Assembly (NCBI GenBank): GCA_017937485.1
Contig: JAGBDN010000007.1
Span: 14,689 to 78,688, forward strand
DNA length: 64,000 bases
DNA from: Thermoguttaceae bacterium
GTDB lineage: Bacteria; Planctomycetota; Planctomycetia; Pirellulales; Thermoguttaceae
Reading direction: 5' to 3'
Part shown: piece after piece, positions 19,849 through 30,215 of the stretch
Position numbering within the stretch: the stretch's first letter is position 1
Layout of the letters: the number at the start of each line of letters is the position of its first letter
Translations under genes and position numbers: made by a program
The notes under the pieces: generated by a model
The model's database searches: none
Seen by the model: the letters and a program-made list of their open reading frames with translations, nothing else
What the model was told of the DNA's origin: nothing

Positions 19849-19876
19849 ATTATAAAGCGCTCGACGCATTTTTCAA
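19849..19876 (-). promoter_or_regulatory. Sigma70-like promoter (TTGAAA-16-TATAAT) for pyrE
   Basis: Read on the minus strand, about 104 nt upstream of the pyrE ATG. Confidence 0.45.
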
Positions 19877-20017
19877 CGGGGCGGGCGAAAATGGCGGCGC
19901 GGAGAACGGCGAGCGCCGCGCGAAAAACGACGCGACGTTCAAAAATAGGGACGCTCGTTCGACGAAAAAAGAGCGAACGCGCGGCGTTTCGAAGAATCGA
20001 AGTCGTTCGATTTCGCT

Positions 20018-21940
20018 TTAATTCGGCGTTTGCGCTTGAGAGGCGTCGTCGCGAATTTTCGAGCAAAAGAGGAAAGCGACCTGCAATCCGAGTCGAGCCC
20101 GCGACAATTCCTCCAACGCGTCTTCGTCTCCGGCTTGCGCGGCGACCGTCCAAGCGGCGAGCGCGCGGCGGCGGTCGAGCGGAACGCCGTCGCCTTCCCA
20201 GTAACGGAGCGCAAGACGCCGCGTCGCTTCAATTTCGCCGGCGGCGGCCGCGGCTTCGAGCCAAAAGATCGCGCAACGTCGGTTCGGTTCGCAACCGCGC
20301 CCTTCGAGCAAACGGTCGCTCAGTTCGACGGCGGCGCTTCCTTCGCCGAGTTCCGCCGCGACGCGCAAAAGATATTCGCCGCAAACCGCGTTTTGTTCGA
20401 CGCCGACGCCCCGTTCGCAGCAATAAGCAAGGTTCGCCGTCGCCGCCGCGTCGCCGCCGATCGCCGCCGCGCCGAAGAGTTCGAACGCCCGGCGGTCGTC
20501 GCGTTCGACGCCTTCGCAACCGCGGGAAAAGCGGAGTCCGAGTTCGTTTTGCGCTTCCGGAAAACCGCCGTCCGCCGCTTGTTCGAGCAGACGGAGTTCC
20601 TCGGCCGGGTCGCGCGGCGTTCCGCGACCGACGGCGGCGCAACGCGATAACAAAAACGCCGCTTCCGCCGAACCGGATTCCGTTTCCGAGCGGAGCCAAC
20701 GAACGCAATCTCGCGCCCGGCGGTCGTCGAACGAACCGTCCGCCGTTTCGCGACCGAGCGTCAAGCGAGCTTGCGCGTCGCCGCGTTCCGCCGCTTCGAA
20801 GAGCCAACGCGCCGCTTCGCGTTCGTTGGCGTCGCCGCCGATTTGGCGCAACTGATAAGCGAGTTCGGTTTGAGCCGTCGCGAAGCCGCCCGCCGCGCTT
20901 CGACGCAACAGCCGCGACGCTTCGTCGGCGTTCGCGTCGCGCCCCCAACCGTTCCAAGCGAAGATCGCGAGGAAGTAAAACGCCGGAGAAAAACCGGTCG
21001 CCGCCGCGCGTTCGAAGAGCCGAAACGCTTCGTCGCGGTCGACCGGGATTTCGAGCGGAACGTCGGTCGCCGTTTGCGGGGCGCTTGCGTCGCCCGATTG
21101 CGTCAACGAACGCCCGTAAAGACTCGCCAAGCCGAGCGAACAGAGCGCGTCCGGATTCTCGACGTCCGCCGCGCGCCGGTAAAATTCGAACGCTCGTCGC
21201 TCGTCGCGCTCGACGCCGAGACCCGTCTCGAACGCGAACCCGACGTCGTAAAGCGCGACGCCGAGCCCCGCTTCCGCCGCCCGCAAACTCCAAGCGAACG
21301 CTTGTTCCGGGCTCGACTCGACCCCGCGACCGTCCCGAAACGCGAACGAAACGAACGACGCGTCGACCGCCGAACCGAGTTCCGCCTTCCGCAACGCCCC
21401 TTCGAACGCTCGTTCGAGCCAATCGCGCTCCGCTTCGGCGTCTTGCGGAACGCCGATTCCGTCCCGATAACAAACGGCGAGACCTTCGAGCGCCGTCGCG
21501 TCGTCGCCGGTTCGCGCTTCCCAAAAGAACGAAAAAGCGCGGTCTCGGTCGCGCTCGACGACGCCTTCGCCGTCGAACAAGATTTCGCCGACGAGCCCGA
21601 GCGCCGCCGGACGCTCGTCGAACGCGCCTTGCTCCAACGCTTTAACGCCCCAATCGAACGCCGCTTGAACGTTCGGCGCGACGCCGAGTCCAAACCGAAA
21701 AGCGCGAGCGAGACCCGTTTGCGCGTTCGCGTCGCCCGCTTCCGCGCCGCGCCGCCGGAGTTCGAACGCTCGGCTCCAATCGCGCTCGACGCCGCGACCG
21801 TCTTCGTAAAGACGCGCCGTCGGTTCGAGCGCGGAGACGTCGCCCGCGTCGACGAGCGATTGCAAACGGCGCGCTTCTTGGCGCCAACGGGGCGCGTCGG
21901 CAAGATTCGTCGTTTCGAAACAATTCTCGGGAGCGTTCAT
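20018..21940 (-). CDS. Sel1-like repeat (SLR/TPR) protein, 640 aa
   Basis: More than a dozen repeats of the pattern A..W...AAE.GDA.A...LG..Y..G.GV..D...A. Confidence 0.88.
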   Translation of the reverse strand: MNAPENCFETTNLADAPRWRQEARRLQSLVDAGDVSALEPTARLYEDGRGVERDWSRAFELRRRGAEAGDANAQTGLARAFRFGLGVAPNVQAAFDWGVKALEQGAFDERPAALGLVGEILFDGEGVVERDRDRAFSFFWEARTGDDATALEGLAVCYRDGIGVPQDAEAERDWLERAFEGALRKAELGSAVDASFVSFAFRDGRGVESSPEQAFAWSLRAAEAGLGVALYDVGFAFETGLGVERDERRAFEFYRRAADVENPDALCSLGLASLYGRSLTQSGDASAPQTATDVPLEIPVDRDEAFRLFERAAATGFSPAFYFLAIFAWNGWGRDANADEASRLLRRSAAGGFATAQTELAYQLRQIGGDANEREAARWLFEAAERGDAQARLTLGRETADGSFDDRRARDCVRWLRSETESGSAEAAFLLSRCAAVGRGTPRDPAEELRLLEQAADGGFPEAQNELGLRFSRGCEGVERDDRRAFELFGAAAIGGDAAATANLAYCCERGVGVEQNAVCGEYLLRVAAELGEGSAAVELSDRLLEGRGCEPNRRCAIFWLEAAAAAGEIEATRRLALRYWEGDGVPLDRRRALAAWTVAAQAGDEDALEELSRARLGLQVAFLFCSKIRDDASQAQTPN

Positions 21941-22094
21941 TAATTCGATAAGGAGTCTCGTTAGACGTTGAATGAAAACAGTTGCAAAAAAACGTTGGTC
22001 GGGGCGGGGCGGGACGGAGCGAAAAGAACGGGCGGCGGGACGCGTTTTAAAACAACGGTAACGACCGCGCGTCCCAACGGCGTTCGTCGTCGCG

Positions 22095-23651
22095 TTACGT
22101 CCAAAGTTTGCGGTCGAGCGCGCGGTAACCGATCGCTTCGAAGAGGTGCGGCGTTTCGATATTTTCCGCGCCCTCCAAGTCGGCGATCGTTCGAGCGACG
22201 CGCAAAATCTTGTCGTGCGCCCGGGCCGAAAAGCCGAATTCGTTCATCGCCGACTCAAGAACGGAACGCCCGGCGTCGTCGAGCTTCGCCCAACGTTCGA
22301 GTTCGCGGCGGCGCATTTGCGCGTTCGTTCGAATCGTTGACCCGGCGTACCGCTTCGCTTGAATCGCTCGCGCTTTCAAGACTTGCTCGCGAACTTCGGC
22401 GCTCGACGTTCGCGGCGCGTCGGACGAAAGTTCGAGATAGGAAACCGGCGGCGTCTCGATGTGAATATCGATTCGGTCGAGGAGCGGGCCGCTAACGCGC
22501 GCCATATACTTCTCGATCTGCCCGACCGAACAGCGGCAAGCGCGGCGCGGGTCGTTGCGGTATCCGCAGGGGCAGGGGTTCATCGCCGCGATCAAGACGA
22601 AATTCGCCGGGAACGTTTCGCTCCGAGCGGCGCGCGAGATCGTCGCTTTGCCGTCTTCGAGCGGTTGACGCATCGCTTCGAGCGTCGTTCGGCGGAACTC
22701 CGGGAGTTCGTCGAGGAAAAGAACGCCGTTGTGCGCCAAGCTGATTTCGCCGGGCGTCGGCTTCGCTCCGCCTCCGACGAGACCGGGCGCGCTGATCGAG
22801 TGGTGCGGCTCGCGGAACGGTCGCGTCGCGACGAGGGGCGCTTCGCCGTTCAATTTGCCGACCGCGCTGTAAATTTGCGTCGTTTCGAGCGCTTCGTCGA
22901 GCGTCGGCGGCGGAAGAATCGTCGGGACGCGCTTGGCAAGCATCGTTTTTCCGGTTCCGGGCGGGCCGATCATCAGCATATTATGCGCGCCCGCCGCCGC
23001 GATGGTCGCCGCTCGTTTCGCGCTCTCTTGACCGAGAACGTCGGCGAAATCGACGTCGTATTGCGAAAGCCGCTCGAAAAGCGCGTCGGAAAGGCCCGCC
23101 TTCGGTTCGATTTCGAGCGTCCCGCTCAAAAAGCCGACCGCGTCGTTCAAGCGGGAAATCGGGATCGCGTCGATTCCGTCGACGATCGCCGCTTCGCTCG
23201 CGTTCGCCGCCGGAACGAGAATCCCGCGCAAACCGGCCCGCGCCGCCGCGAGCGCCGACGCCAAAACGCCCCGACAAGGCCGCGTCGAGCCGTCGAGCGC
23301 CAATTCGCCGACGACCGCGTATTCCGCCAACCGCTCCGACGAAAACTGACCCGACGCCGCGATCTCGCCGAGCGAAATCGGCAGGTCGAACGACGCCGCG
23401 TGTTTCGGCAAATCCGCCGGCGCCAAATTGACGACGACGTCTCCCGCCGGAACGCCGAATCCGCTGTTCGCGATCGCCAACTTGACGCGGAACGCGCTCT
23501 CGCGAACGACCGTCTCCGCCAAGCCGACGATCGTCGTTTTCCCTTCGTCTTCCTTACTTTTCGCGACGCCGCGCCCCGAAACGTCGACTTCGACCTCGAC
23601 CGGCGTCGCGGAAACGCCTTGAAGCGAAAACGTTTTAACTTTGATTAACAT
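22095..23651 (-). CDS. comM: YifB/ComM-family Mg-chelatase-like AAA+ ATPase
   Basis: Lon-protease-like N-domain, Walker A GPPGTGKT, FLDELPEF Walker B, and a C-terminal Mg-chelatase subunit ChlI-like tail. Confidence 0.92.
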   Translation of the reverse strand: MLIKVKTFSLQGVSATPVEVEVDVSGRGVAKSKEDEGKTTIVGLAETVVRESAFRVKLAIANSGFGVPAGDVVVNLAPADLPKHAASFDLPISLGEIAASGQFSSERLAEYAVVGELALDGSTRPCRGVLASALAAARAGLRGILVPAANASEAAIVDGIDAIPISRLNDAVGFLSGTLEIEPKAGLSDALFERLSQYDVDFADVLGQESAKRAATIAAAGAHNMLMIGPPGTGKTMLAKRVPTILPPPTLDEALETTQIYSAVGKLNGEAPLVATRPFREPHHSISAPGLVGGGAKPTPGEISLAHNGVLFLDELPEFRRTTLEAMRQPLEDGKATISRAARSETFPANFVLIAAMNPCPCGYRNDPRRACRCSVGQIEKYMARVSGPLLDRIDIHIETPPVSYLELSSDAPRTSSAEVREQVLKARAIQAKRYAGSTIRTNAQMRRRELERWAKLDDAGRSVLESAMNEFGFSARAHDKILRVARTIADLEGAENIETPHLFEAIGYRALDRKLWT

Positions 23652-23765
23652 TTCAATAATCCTTGGCGGGAGGGCGGCGAAACGACGTTCCCGTTTTCCG
23701 GTTTCGACGAGCGTTCCGACGGCGCGTCGGCGTTCGACGTTTTCGGAAAAGACCGATTCGGAGCG

Positions 23766-24758
23766 TTAATTTTGCGATTCTTGCGTCTCTTGCGCGTCGG
23801 TCGCCCATTCGAAAACGCCGAACTTGCGGAAACGTTGATACCGCTCTTCGACGAGGCGTTCGACCGGGATTTTCGTCAACTCGCGCAGTTGCGTCCGCAA
23901 ATATTGTTTCATTCGCAACCCCGCCAAGCGACAGTCGCGGTGCGCGCCGCCGACCGGCTCCTCGATCACGTCGTCGACGACGCCGAATTTAAGGAGGTCT
24001 TTCGACGTAAATTTGAGCGCTTCGGCCGCCTTGTCTTTGTGTTCGCCGCTCTTCCAAAGGATGCCCGCGCAACCCTCCGGACTGATGACGCTGTAATACG
24101 AGAATTCCAGCATCGCGACGCGGTCGCCGACGGCGATTCCGATCGCGCCGCCGCTCCCGCCTTCGCCGATAACGACCGCGATAATCGGCGTCGGCAGGGT
24201 CGCCATCTCGAACATCGACTCCGCGATCGTTTGCGCGACGCCGCGCTCCTCCGACGCGACGCCGGGATAAGCGCCGGGCGTGTCGACGAAACAAATAATC
24301 GGAAGGCCGAATTTCGCCGCCATTCGCATCTTCGCGATCGCCTTGCGGTAACCCTCCGGGTGCGCGCAACCGAAGTTGCATTGAACGCGTTCTTTAGCGT
24401 CGCGGCCCTTTTGGTGTCCGATCACCATCGCTTTAAATTCGTCGAGTTTCGCCCAACCGACGCGGATCGCTCGGTCGTCGCCGAAGGTTTTGTCGCCGTG
24501 CAGCTCGACGAACTCGTCGAACACGAGGTCGATGTAATCGAGCGTTTGCGGACGCTCCGGGTGCCGCGCGACTTCGACCGTTTCCCAAGCGTTGAGGTTC
24601 GCGTAAACTTTTTTCGTCAGCTCGGCCAAACCGAGACGCAGGCGCTGAACCTCTTCGTGAATTTCGGGCGAATCGGCTTTTTTGCGCAACGCTTCGAGGC
24701 GCGCTTCCATTTCAAAAATCGGTTGTTCGAACGAAAGGCGTTGGGCGACGGGCGACAT
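23766..24758 (-). CDS. accA: Acetyl-CoA carboxylase carboxyltransferase alpha subunit
   Basis: HPERPQTLDYI, FVDTPGAYPG, GEGGSGGA motifs. Confidence 0.93.
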   Translation of the reverse strand: MSPVAQRLSFEQPIFEMEARLEALRKKADSPEIHEEVQRLRLGLAELTKKVYANLNAWETVEVARHPERPQTLDYIDLVFDEFVELHGDKTFGDDRAIRVGWAKLDEFKAMVIGHQKGRDAKERVQCNFGCAHPEGYRKAIAKMRMAAKFGLPIICFVDTPGAYPGVASEERGVAQTIAESMFEMATLPTPIIAVVIGEGGSGGAIGIAVGDRVAMLEFSYYSVISPEGCAGILWKSGEHKDKAAEALKFTSKDLLKFGVVDDVIEEPVGGAHRDCRLAGLRMKQYLRTQLRELTKIPVERLVEERYQRFRKFGVFEWATDAQETQESQN

Positions 24759-25390
24759 ATCGCGGCTCTCCGGGAAACGAAAATATAAGGAAGTCGAAAC
24801 GTCGGGGCGGTCGCGTTCCGTTGCGTGAGCGCGTTGCGCGACGGCGGTTGAACGGCGTTAGGACTGGATGGTAAAATAGGGAAAACGCGACGTTTGGAGT
24901 CGGCGTTTTTTTCGTTTTTTTATTTGCGTCGGCGTTTTGCGCGGTTCCGTTTTAACATTTTTGGAAAAAATGAAGGAAAACGGAAACTTTTAATTTAAAA
25001 TAGGCGGCTATTTGCATATATAAAGAATATAGAGGCATTTTAGCGTCGCGGCGTTGCGAAAAGAAAAACGAAAATTTTGAAAATTTTTATTCGATTCTCG
25101 CGCAAATTTCACTCGCAAGTCGTCTATATATACGAGGGGGACGGTTCAACCGTCCAAAAAAACTCCGACATATGATAAATATATACGTGGGAAAGGCGCG
25201 GCGTCAAGAAGCGATTTTGGAAAAATAAAGAAAAAGGCGGGATTTTTTAGCAAGAAAAAAAAGAAGACGGCAACTAGCTTTGAAACTCGTCGACGCGCGT
25301 CGGGCGTTCGGTTCGACGGCGGCAAGAGTTGGTCGACGCAAAAGAAGAAACTTGCGCCGACTGGAAAATAGGAAATTTAGGACAACGACA

Positions 25391-26608
25391 ATGGTTAAGT
25401 CGATCGAAAAAAAGATCAAACGCGCCGAATGGGAATTCGCGAAAGTATGTCGCGAACGCGAAGCGTTTGAATTTGACGAAAAAATCGACGATTTGCGCGA
25501 ATCGTCGAGCGGAACGGTCGCGTCGTCGCGTTCCGAATTTTCGCGTAACGACGAAAGTATGAAGGAAGAAATTTATCAAGAGTTTTGTCGCGGCGTTTCG
25601 ATTAAGGAATTGGCGCAAAAGTTCGGTCGCGCCGTCGCGTCGATTTATCGAGCGGTCGGAGCGCGTCGCGCCGAGGTCGTTTTCGCGCTTCCGCTCGATT
25701 ACGTTCCGAGTCCGGAGTTTGAACGAGCGACGACGGCGAAAGCGGAGCGCGCGCTGCTCGTTTTCGGCGGCGAAAAACAGACGAACGCCGAGCAAACGCT
25801 CGCGATTCGCGTCGACGGCGGAACGAACGCGGCGAAGAAAAGCGAAAAATTAAGGGCGGCGGCGACCGTCGAATCGGCGTATTTGTCGCGTCTCGACGAT
25901 TCGCCCCTGTTGAGCGCCGCCGAAGAGGCGTTCCTCTTCCGAAAGTACAATTACCTCAAATTTAAAGCGTCGCGGCTTCGCGAAAAGCTCGACCCGAAAA
26001 AGCCGAAAATGTGCGCGATGGACGAAATCGAACGGCTTTGGAACGAAGCGGTCGCGACGAAAAAACGGTTGATTTCGGCGAACTTGCGGCTGGTCGTTTC
26101 GGTCGTGAAGAAGTACGGCGCCGGTTCGCTCCTTTCGTTTAACGAATTGGTGAGCGACGGGAACGTTTCGCTGATGAAGGCGGTTGAAAAATTCGATTAC
26201 ACGACCGGCAACCGATTCAGCACGTACGCGACTTGGGCGCTTTATCGGAATTTTGCGCGAACGATTCCGGACGAACGGAAACGCGTCGAACGGTACCGAC
26301 CTTGCGACGTCGCCTTGATGGAATTGAAGCAGGATCATCGCTCTTCGCCGTTGCAAGCGGAGCGCGTTTACGCCGAGCAAACGACGCAAGTGAATCGATT
26401 TATGCGCGAATTGAACGAACGCGAACGCAAAATCGTCGAGATGCGATACGGGTTTGGCTCCGTCGATTCGAAACCGCAAACGCTGCGGCAGGTCGGCCAA
26501 AATATGGGCGTAACGAAGGAACGCGTGCGGCAAATCGAAATTCGCGCGCTGGAAAAAATGCGTCGAGTCGCGGAAGAGGAAAAACTGGAAATTCCGGATT
26601 TTTACTAA
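25391..26608 (+). CDS. Sigma-70 family RNA polymerase sigma factor with long N-terminal extension
   Basis: Region 2 (ANLRLVVSVVKKY..GNVSLMKAVEKFDY..FSTYATWAL) and region 4 (TLRQVGQNMGVTKERVRQIE). Start uncertain: ATG at 25391 is preferred over TTG at 25280. Confidence 0.85.
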   Translation: MVKSIEKKIKRAEWEFAKVCREREAFEFDEKIDDLRESSSGTVASSRSEFSRNDESMKEEIYQEFCRGVSIKELAQKFGRAVASIYRAVGARRAEVVFALPLDYVPSPEFERATTAKAERALLVFGGEKQTNAEQTLAIRVDGGTNAAKKSEKLRAAATVESAYLSRLDDSPLLSAAEEAFLFRKYNYLKFKASRLREKLDPKKPKMCAMDEIERLWNEAVATKKRLISANLRLVVSVVKKYGAGSLLSFNELVSDGNVSLMKAVEKFDYTTGNRFSTYATWALYRNFARTIPDERKRVERYRPCDVALMELKQDHRSSPLQAERVYAEQTTQVNRFMRELNERERKIVEMRYGFGSVDSKPQTLRQVGQNMGVTKERVRQIEIRALEKMRRVAEEEKLEIPDFY

Positions 26609-26701
26609 ATCGCGGCAAGGCGACGTTTAACGTCGCGACGGCGGCGAAAATGTTTTACGTCGTCGAGTAAAAACGAACGAAACAAACGAAACGAACGCGT
26701 C

Positions 26702-26745
26702 GGCGAGCGAAAGCGAACCGGCGCGTTCGCTTTTTCTTGCTCGCC
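26702..26745 (+). terminator. Intrinsic terminator after the sigma factor gene
   Basis: Stem AAGCGAAC / GTTCGCTT followed by TTTTT, nested inside an outer GGCGAGC / GCTCGCC pairing. Confidence 0.5.
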
Positions 26746-26769
26746 GCGACGAGCGCCGACGAACGGCGG

Positions 26770-28191
26770 TCAGCGTTTAGCGGTTTTCGCCGTCGCTTTG
26801 ACCGCCGCCGCGAAGTAAAAGGAGCCGATCGCGCAAAGAACTTCGTCCGAACGGGGCGACCGCGCGAAATAGTCGGCGAGAAAAGCGCGAAAGTCCGGAA
26901 TGACGCGAATCTTGCGGCGCACCGGGTCGTCTTCCGCAAACCCTTCTTCCAAAACGCTTTCCGTCGCGCGGATTAACTCGTCGATCGGAAGGGCGCGCGC
27001 TTCTTGCGAACGCTCGGTGAGAAGAATTTCGTCGACGAACGGCGCCGCTTCGGCCAACATGCCGCGAACGTCTTTGCCGACCGTCGTCGCGAAAAGAATC
27101 TTAATTTTGCGGTTCGGGAAGCGTTCGAGCGCCGCTTGAACGAACGCCGCGACCGAAGCGCGGTTGTGCGCTCCGTCGACGTAAACCGCCGGCGACTGCG
27201 AAACTTGCTCGAAGCGGCAAGGCAAAACGATGCGCGTCGCCGCTTGGCGGAGCGTTTCCGGCGAAAAAGCGGGCGCGTCCGGTTCGAGAACGTTCGCGAT
27301 TTTTCGCGCGATTTCCAAGTTCCAACGTCGCGAATCGTCGAACGGCGGAGACGGAAGCGCCGCGACTTCGGGACTTATCGCGTCGATTTGATAAAGCGGA
27401 GCGCCAAATTCTTCCGCTCGACGGCGAACGACGGCGCGAACCGTTTCGACGTCGGCGGCGGAAATCGTCGTTTCCGGTTCGACGCGGCGCGACGCGGCGG
27501 CGCCCGGCAAGCGAGCGGTTCGAGCGTTCAAAATTTGCGAAAAACCGACGCCGCAAACGACCGGCGCGGGAGACTTGATAATACCCGCTTTCTCGGCGGC
27601 GATCTCTTCGAGCGTCGAACCGAGAACGTCGCAATGGTCGTAACTGACGCTCGTGATCGCGGCGACGTCGGCGTCGCAAACGTTGGTCGCGTCGAACTTG
27701 CCGCCGAGCCCGACTTCGAGAATCGCGACGTCGACTTCGGCGCGAGCGAACAAAACGAGCGCGACGACGAGCGACCATTCGAAGAACGTCAACGGGCGAG
27801 AGTCGCCGCGTTCCTTTTCAAAACGGGCGTAAAGTCGAGCGAGTTCGAGAAGCGTTTCCGCGAAAAACGTTTTGCCGCAACGCTTTCCGTTGATTTGGAA
27901 CCGCTCGGTCAACTCTTCGATGTGCGGCGACGTAAAAAGGCCGACGCGACGGCCCCGTGCGCGAAGGAGCGCGTCGAGCGAAGCGCAAACCGTGCCTTTT
28001 CCTTTGGTTCCGGCGATATGAACGATTTTGAAATTCTTTTCCGGATTGCCGAGAAACGCGAGGAAGTCTTTAAGCCGCAAAAGGTTGCGTTGCATTTCCT
28101 CGTAAGGGATTTTTTGAAACGTTTCGTAATTCGTGCGTTTGTAAAGAAAGTCGAGAGCGCGGCGGTAAAGATCGTTTTCTTTGGCGGACAT
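26770..28191 (-). CDS. folC: Bifunctional folylpolyglutamate synthase / dihydrofolate synthase
   Basis: HIAGTKGKGT P-loop, TSPHI, EVGLGG motifs. 473 aa. Confidence 0.9.
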   Translation of the reverse strand: MSAKENDLYRRALDFLYKRTNYETFQKIPYEEMQRNLLRLKDFLAFLGNPEKNFKIVHIAGTKGKGTVCASLDALLRARGRRVGLFTSPHIEELTERFQINGKRCGKTFFAETLLELARLYARFEKERGDSRPLTFFEWSLVVALVLFARAEVDVAILEVGLGGKFDATNVCDADVAAITSVSYDHCDVLGSTLEEIAAEKAGIIKSPAPVVCGVGFSQILNARTARLPGAAASRRVEPETTISAADVETVRAVVRRRAEEFGAPLYQIDAISPEVAALPSPPFDDSRRWNLEIARKIANVLEPDAPAFSPETLRQAATRIVLPCRFEQVSQSPAVYVDGAHNRASVAAFVQAALERFPNRKIKILFATTVGKDVRGMLAEAAPFVDEILLTERSQEARALPIDELIRATESVLEEGFAEDDPVRRKIRVIPDFRAFLADYFARSPRSDEVLCAIGSFYFAAAVKATAKTAKR

Positions 28192-28293
28192 CGCAAAAAA
28201 TAGGGCAAACGACGCGGAAAAGTCGGGGCGGCGAAAGGTTGCAAAAATAACGACAAGGCGAAAATTTCAAAATAGCGTTGTCAAAAACAGCGC

Positions 28294-28330
28294 GAAAAAC
28301 GTCGCGTTCCGCGGAACAAAACGCGACGTT
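28294..28330 (-). terminator. Intrinsic terminator after the fumarase-family gene
   Basis: Stem AACGTCGCGT / ACGCGACGTT with a T-run on the minus strand. A second 10-bp hairpin lies at 28350-28382. Confidence 0.5.
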
Positions 28331-28446
28331 GAGACAAAACGCCCCCGTTCCGTCGAGCGATTCGCGGTGAAACGCTCGACGGAGGAAACGTTAAGTCGCT
28401 AAATAAAACGGTTAAGCGACGAAGCGCCGCGTTTGCCGTTTTCCGC

Positions 28447-29871
28447 TCAGCTTTGGAGCGGTTTCGTCATACGCATCGGGTCGAGACCTTCGGCGAGTTG
28501 ATCCGGCGGAAGAATTTCTTTTTCTTCGCAGAGTTGGCGGATCGTTTTGCCGGTTTTGAAGGCTTCTTTCGCGAGCGCGGCGGCTTTTTCGTACCCGATG
28601 TACGGGTTGAGGCCGGTAACGATCGAGAGGCTTTGTTCGACGGCGGACGCGCATTTTTCGCGGTTCGCTTGGATGTCTTGGAGGCACTTGTCGGCGAAAA
28701 CGTCGGCGCCGCCGGCCAAAATGCGGACGGATTCGAGCGCGGCGTCGGCCATCACCGGCATCAAAATGTTAAGTTGGAATTGACCGCCCGAAACGCCGGA
28801 GAGGCCGAGCGTCGTATCGTTCCCGACGACCTTCGCCGCGAGTTGCATGACGCTTTCGCAGACGACCGGGTTGACTTTGCCCGGCATAATCGAGCTGCCC
28901 GGTTGGAGGTCTTTGAGGATGATTTCGTAGTAGCCGCAGCGCGGGCCGGAGCCGAGCCAACGGATGTTGTTCGCGACGTTCGAAAGGGTCGTGGCGACCG
29001 CTTTGAGGAGCGAGTGCGCGGCGACGAGGCCGTCGCGTTGGGCGTTCGCTTCGAAGTGGTCGGCGGCTTCGCGGAAGGCGATGCCGGTTTCTTTTTCGAG
29101 AATCGCGGCGACGGTGGAACCGAATTTCGGGTCGCAGTTGATGCCGCTGCCGACGGCGGTGCCGCCGCACGGGAGTTCGCAAACTTGTTCGATCGCGAGA
29201 TGGCAGCGTTCGATCGCGAGTTCGAATTGACGGGCGAAACCGCCGAATTCTTGACCGAGGGTCAACGGGGTCGCGTCGGCCAAGTGGGTGCGGCCGATTT
29301 TGAGAACGTCTTGCCATTCGGCGGATTGACGTTTGAGAATCGCGAGGCATTTTTCGAGCGCCGGGATAAGGCGTTCTTTAATGGCGACCGCGACCGCGAC
29401 GTGAATCGCCGTCGGGAAGGAGTCGTTCGTCGATTGACCGCAGTTGACGTGATCGTTCGGGTGAATCGGTTTTTCTTGCGAGAAGCGGTCGTAACCGGCG
29501 AGTTCGAGCGCGCGGTTCGAGATGACTTCGTTCGCGTTCATATTCGACGAGGTGCCGGAACCGGTTTGATAAACGTCGATCGGGAATTCGGCGTCGAGTT
29601 TGCCGTCGGCGACTTCGCGAGCGGCTTGGTACAACGCGGCGAGTTCTTTTTCACCGAGCGGAGCGCGACCTTTCGTCAAGCGGCCGAGTTGGGCGTTCGC
29701 TTGAGCGGCGGCCCATTTGAAGAGGCCGATCGCGTGAATCAGTTCCGGAGCGATGCGCGAACCGGAAACCGGGAAGTTTTCGACGGCGCGTTGCGTTTGC
29801 GCTCCGTAATAAGCGTCGTGAGGAAGGCGGACTTCGCCCATCGTGTCGCGTTCGACTCGGTATTCGGACAT
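28447..29871 (-). CDS. fumC: Class II fumarate hydratase (fumarase/aspartase superfamily)
   Basis: GSSIMPGKVNP signature and YQTGSGTSSNMNANEV. QTGSGT favours fumarase, but the PVV after the signature is aspartase-like, so the subfamily call is tentative. Confidence 0.8.
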   Translation of the reverse strand: MSEYRVERDTMGEVRLPHDAYYGAQTQRAVENFPVSGSRIAPELIHAIGLFKWAAAQANAQLGRLTKGRAPLGEKELAALYQAAREVADGKLDAEFPIDVYQTGSGTSSNMNANEVISNRALELAGYDRFSQEKPIHPNDHVNCGQSTNDSFPTAIHVAVAVAIKERLIPALEKCLAILKRQSAEWQDVLKIGRTHLADATPLTLGQEFGGFARQFELAIERCHLAIEQVCELPCGGTAVGSGINCDPKFGSTVAAILEKETGIAFREAADHFEANAQRDGLVAAHSLLKAVATTLSNVANNIRWLGSGPRCGYYEIILKDLQPGSSIMPGKVNPVVCESVMQLAAKVVGNDTTLGLSGVSGGQFQLNILMPVMADAALESVRILAGGADVFADKCLQDIQANREKCASAVEQSLSIVTGLNPYIGYEKAAALAKEAFKTGKTIRQLCEEKEILPPDQLAEGLDPMRMTKPLQS

Positions 29872-30215
29872 TTATGGTCTCCTTGGAGAGATAAAATGGG
29901 GGTAATAGGTGAAAAACGTAAGCCGGCGCGGTCGGGCGGCGAAAAGTCGGCGTTCGAGGCGCGGCGTCGGGCGTCGGCTTGCAACGGCCCGACGCTACCG
30001 TCCATTATACGCCTTTTTTGAAAAGCGACAAGAGGACGGCGGCCCTTCGAACGGCGTTCCGGAACGAAAAAAACGCTTGAAAACGCGCCGGTTAGGTAAA
30101 ATGGAACGAATGAAGCGAAAAAACGTCGTCGACGAACCGCGAACGGGGAACGTTCGACGGCGCAAATCGGCGTTGGTTTGGGGGAAACGGCGAAAATAGG
30201 CGGTTTGCGGCGGCG

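Noticed and set aside
19660-21645. 661-aa plus-strand ORF and the 431-aa minus-strand ORF 20229..21524
   Set aside because: Extreme Arg/Pro content (runs of RRRR) from CGN codons. Both lie over the Sel1-repeat gene, whose own frame shows a regular repeat structure.
24759-25390. Housekeeping ncRNA (RNase P, SRP, tmRNA, 6S) in the large AT-rich spacers (also 44966..45459 and 17491..17849)
   Set aside because: I could not find the diagnostic conserved strings (GAGGAAAGTCC, GGAAGGAAGCAGC, a tRNA-like 3' end with ..TTCGAATCC..CCA) or convincing long-range pairing.
28447-29871. Calling this gene aspartate ammonia-lyase (aspA)
   Set aside because: QTGSGT and the overall N-terminal pattern are fumarase-like, and mdh is nearby. 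The aspartase-like PVV after the signature keeps the doubt recorded in the feature confidence.
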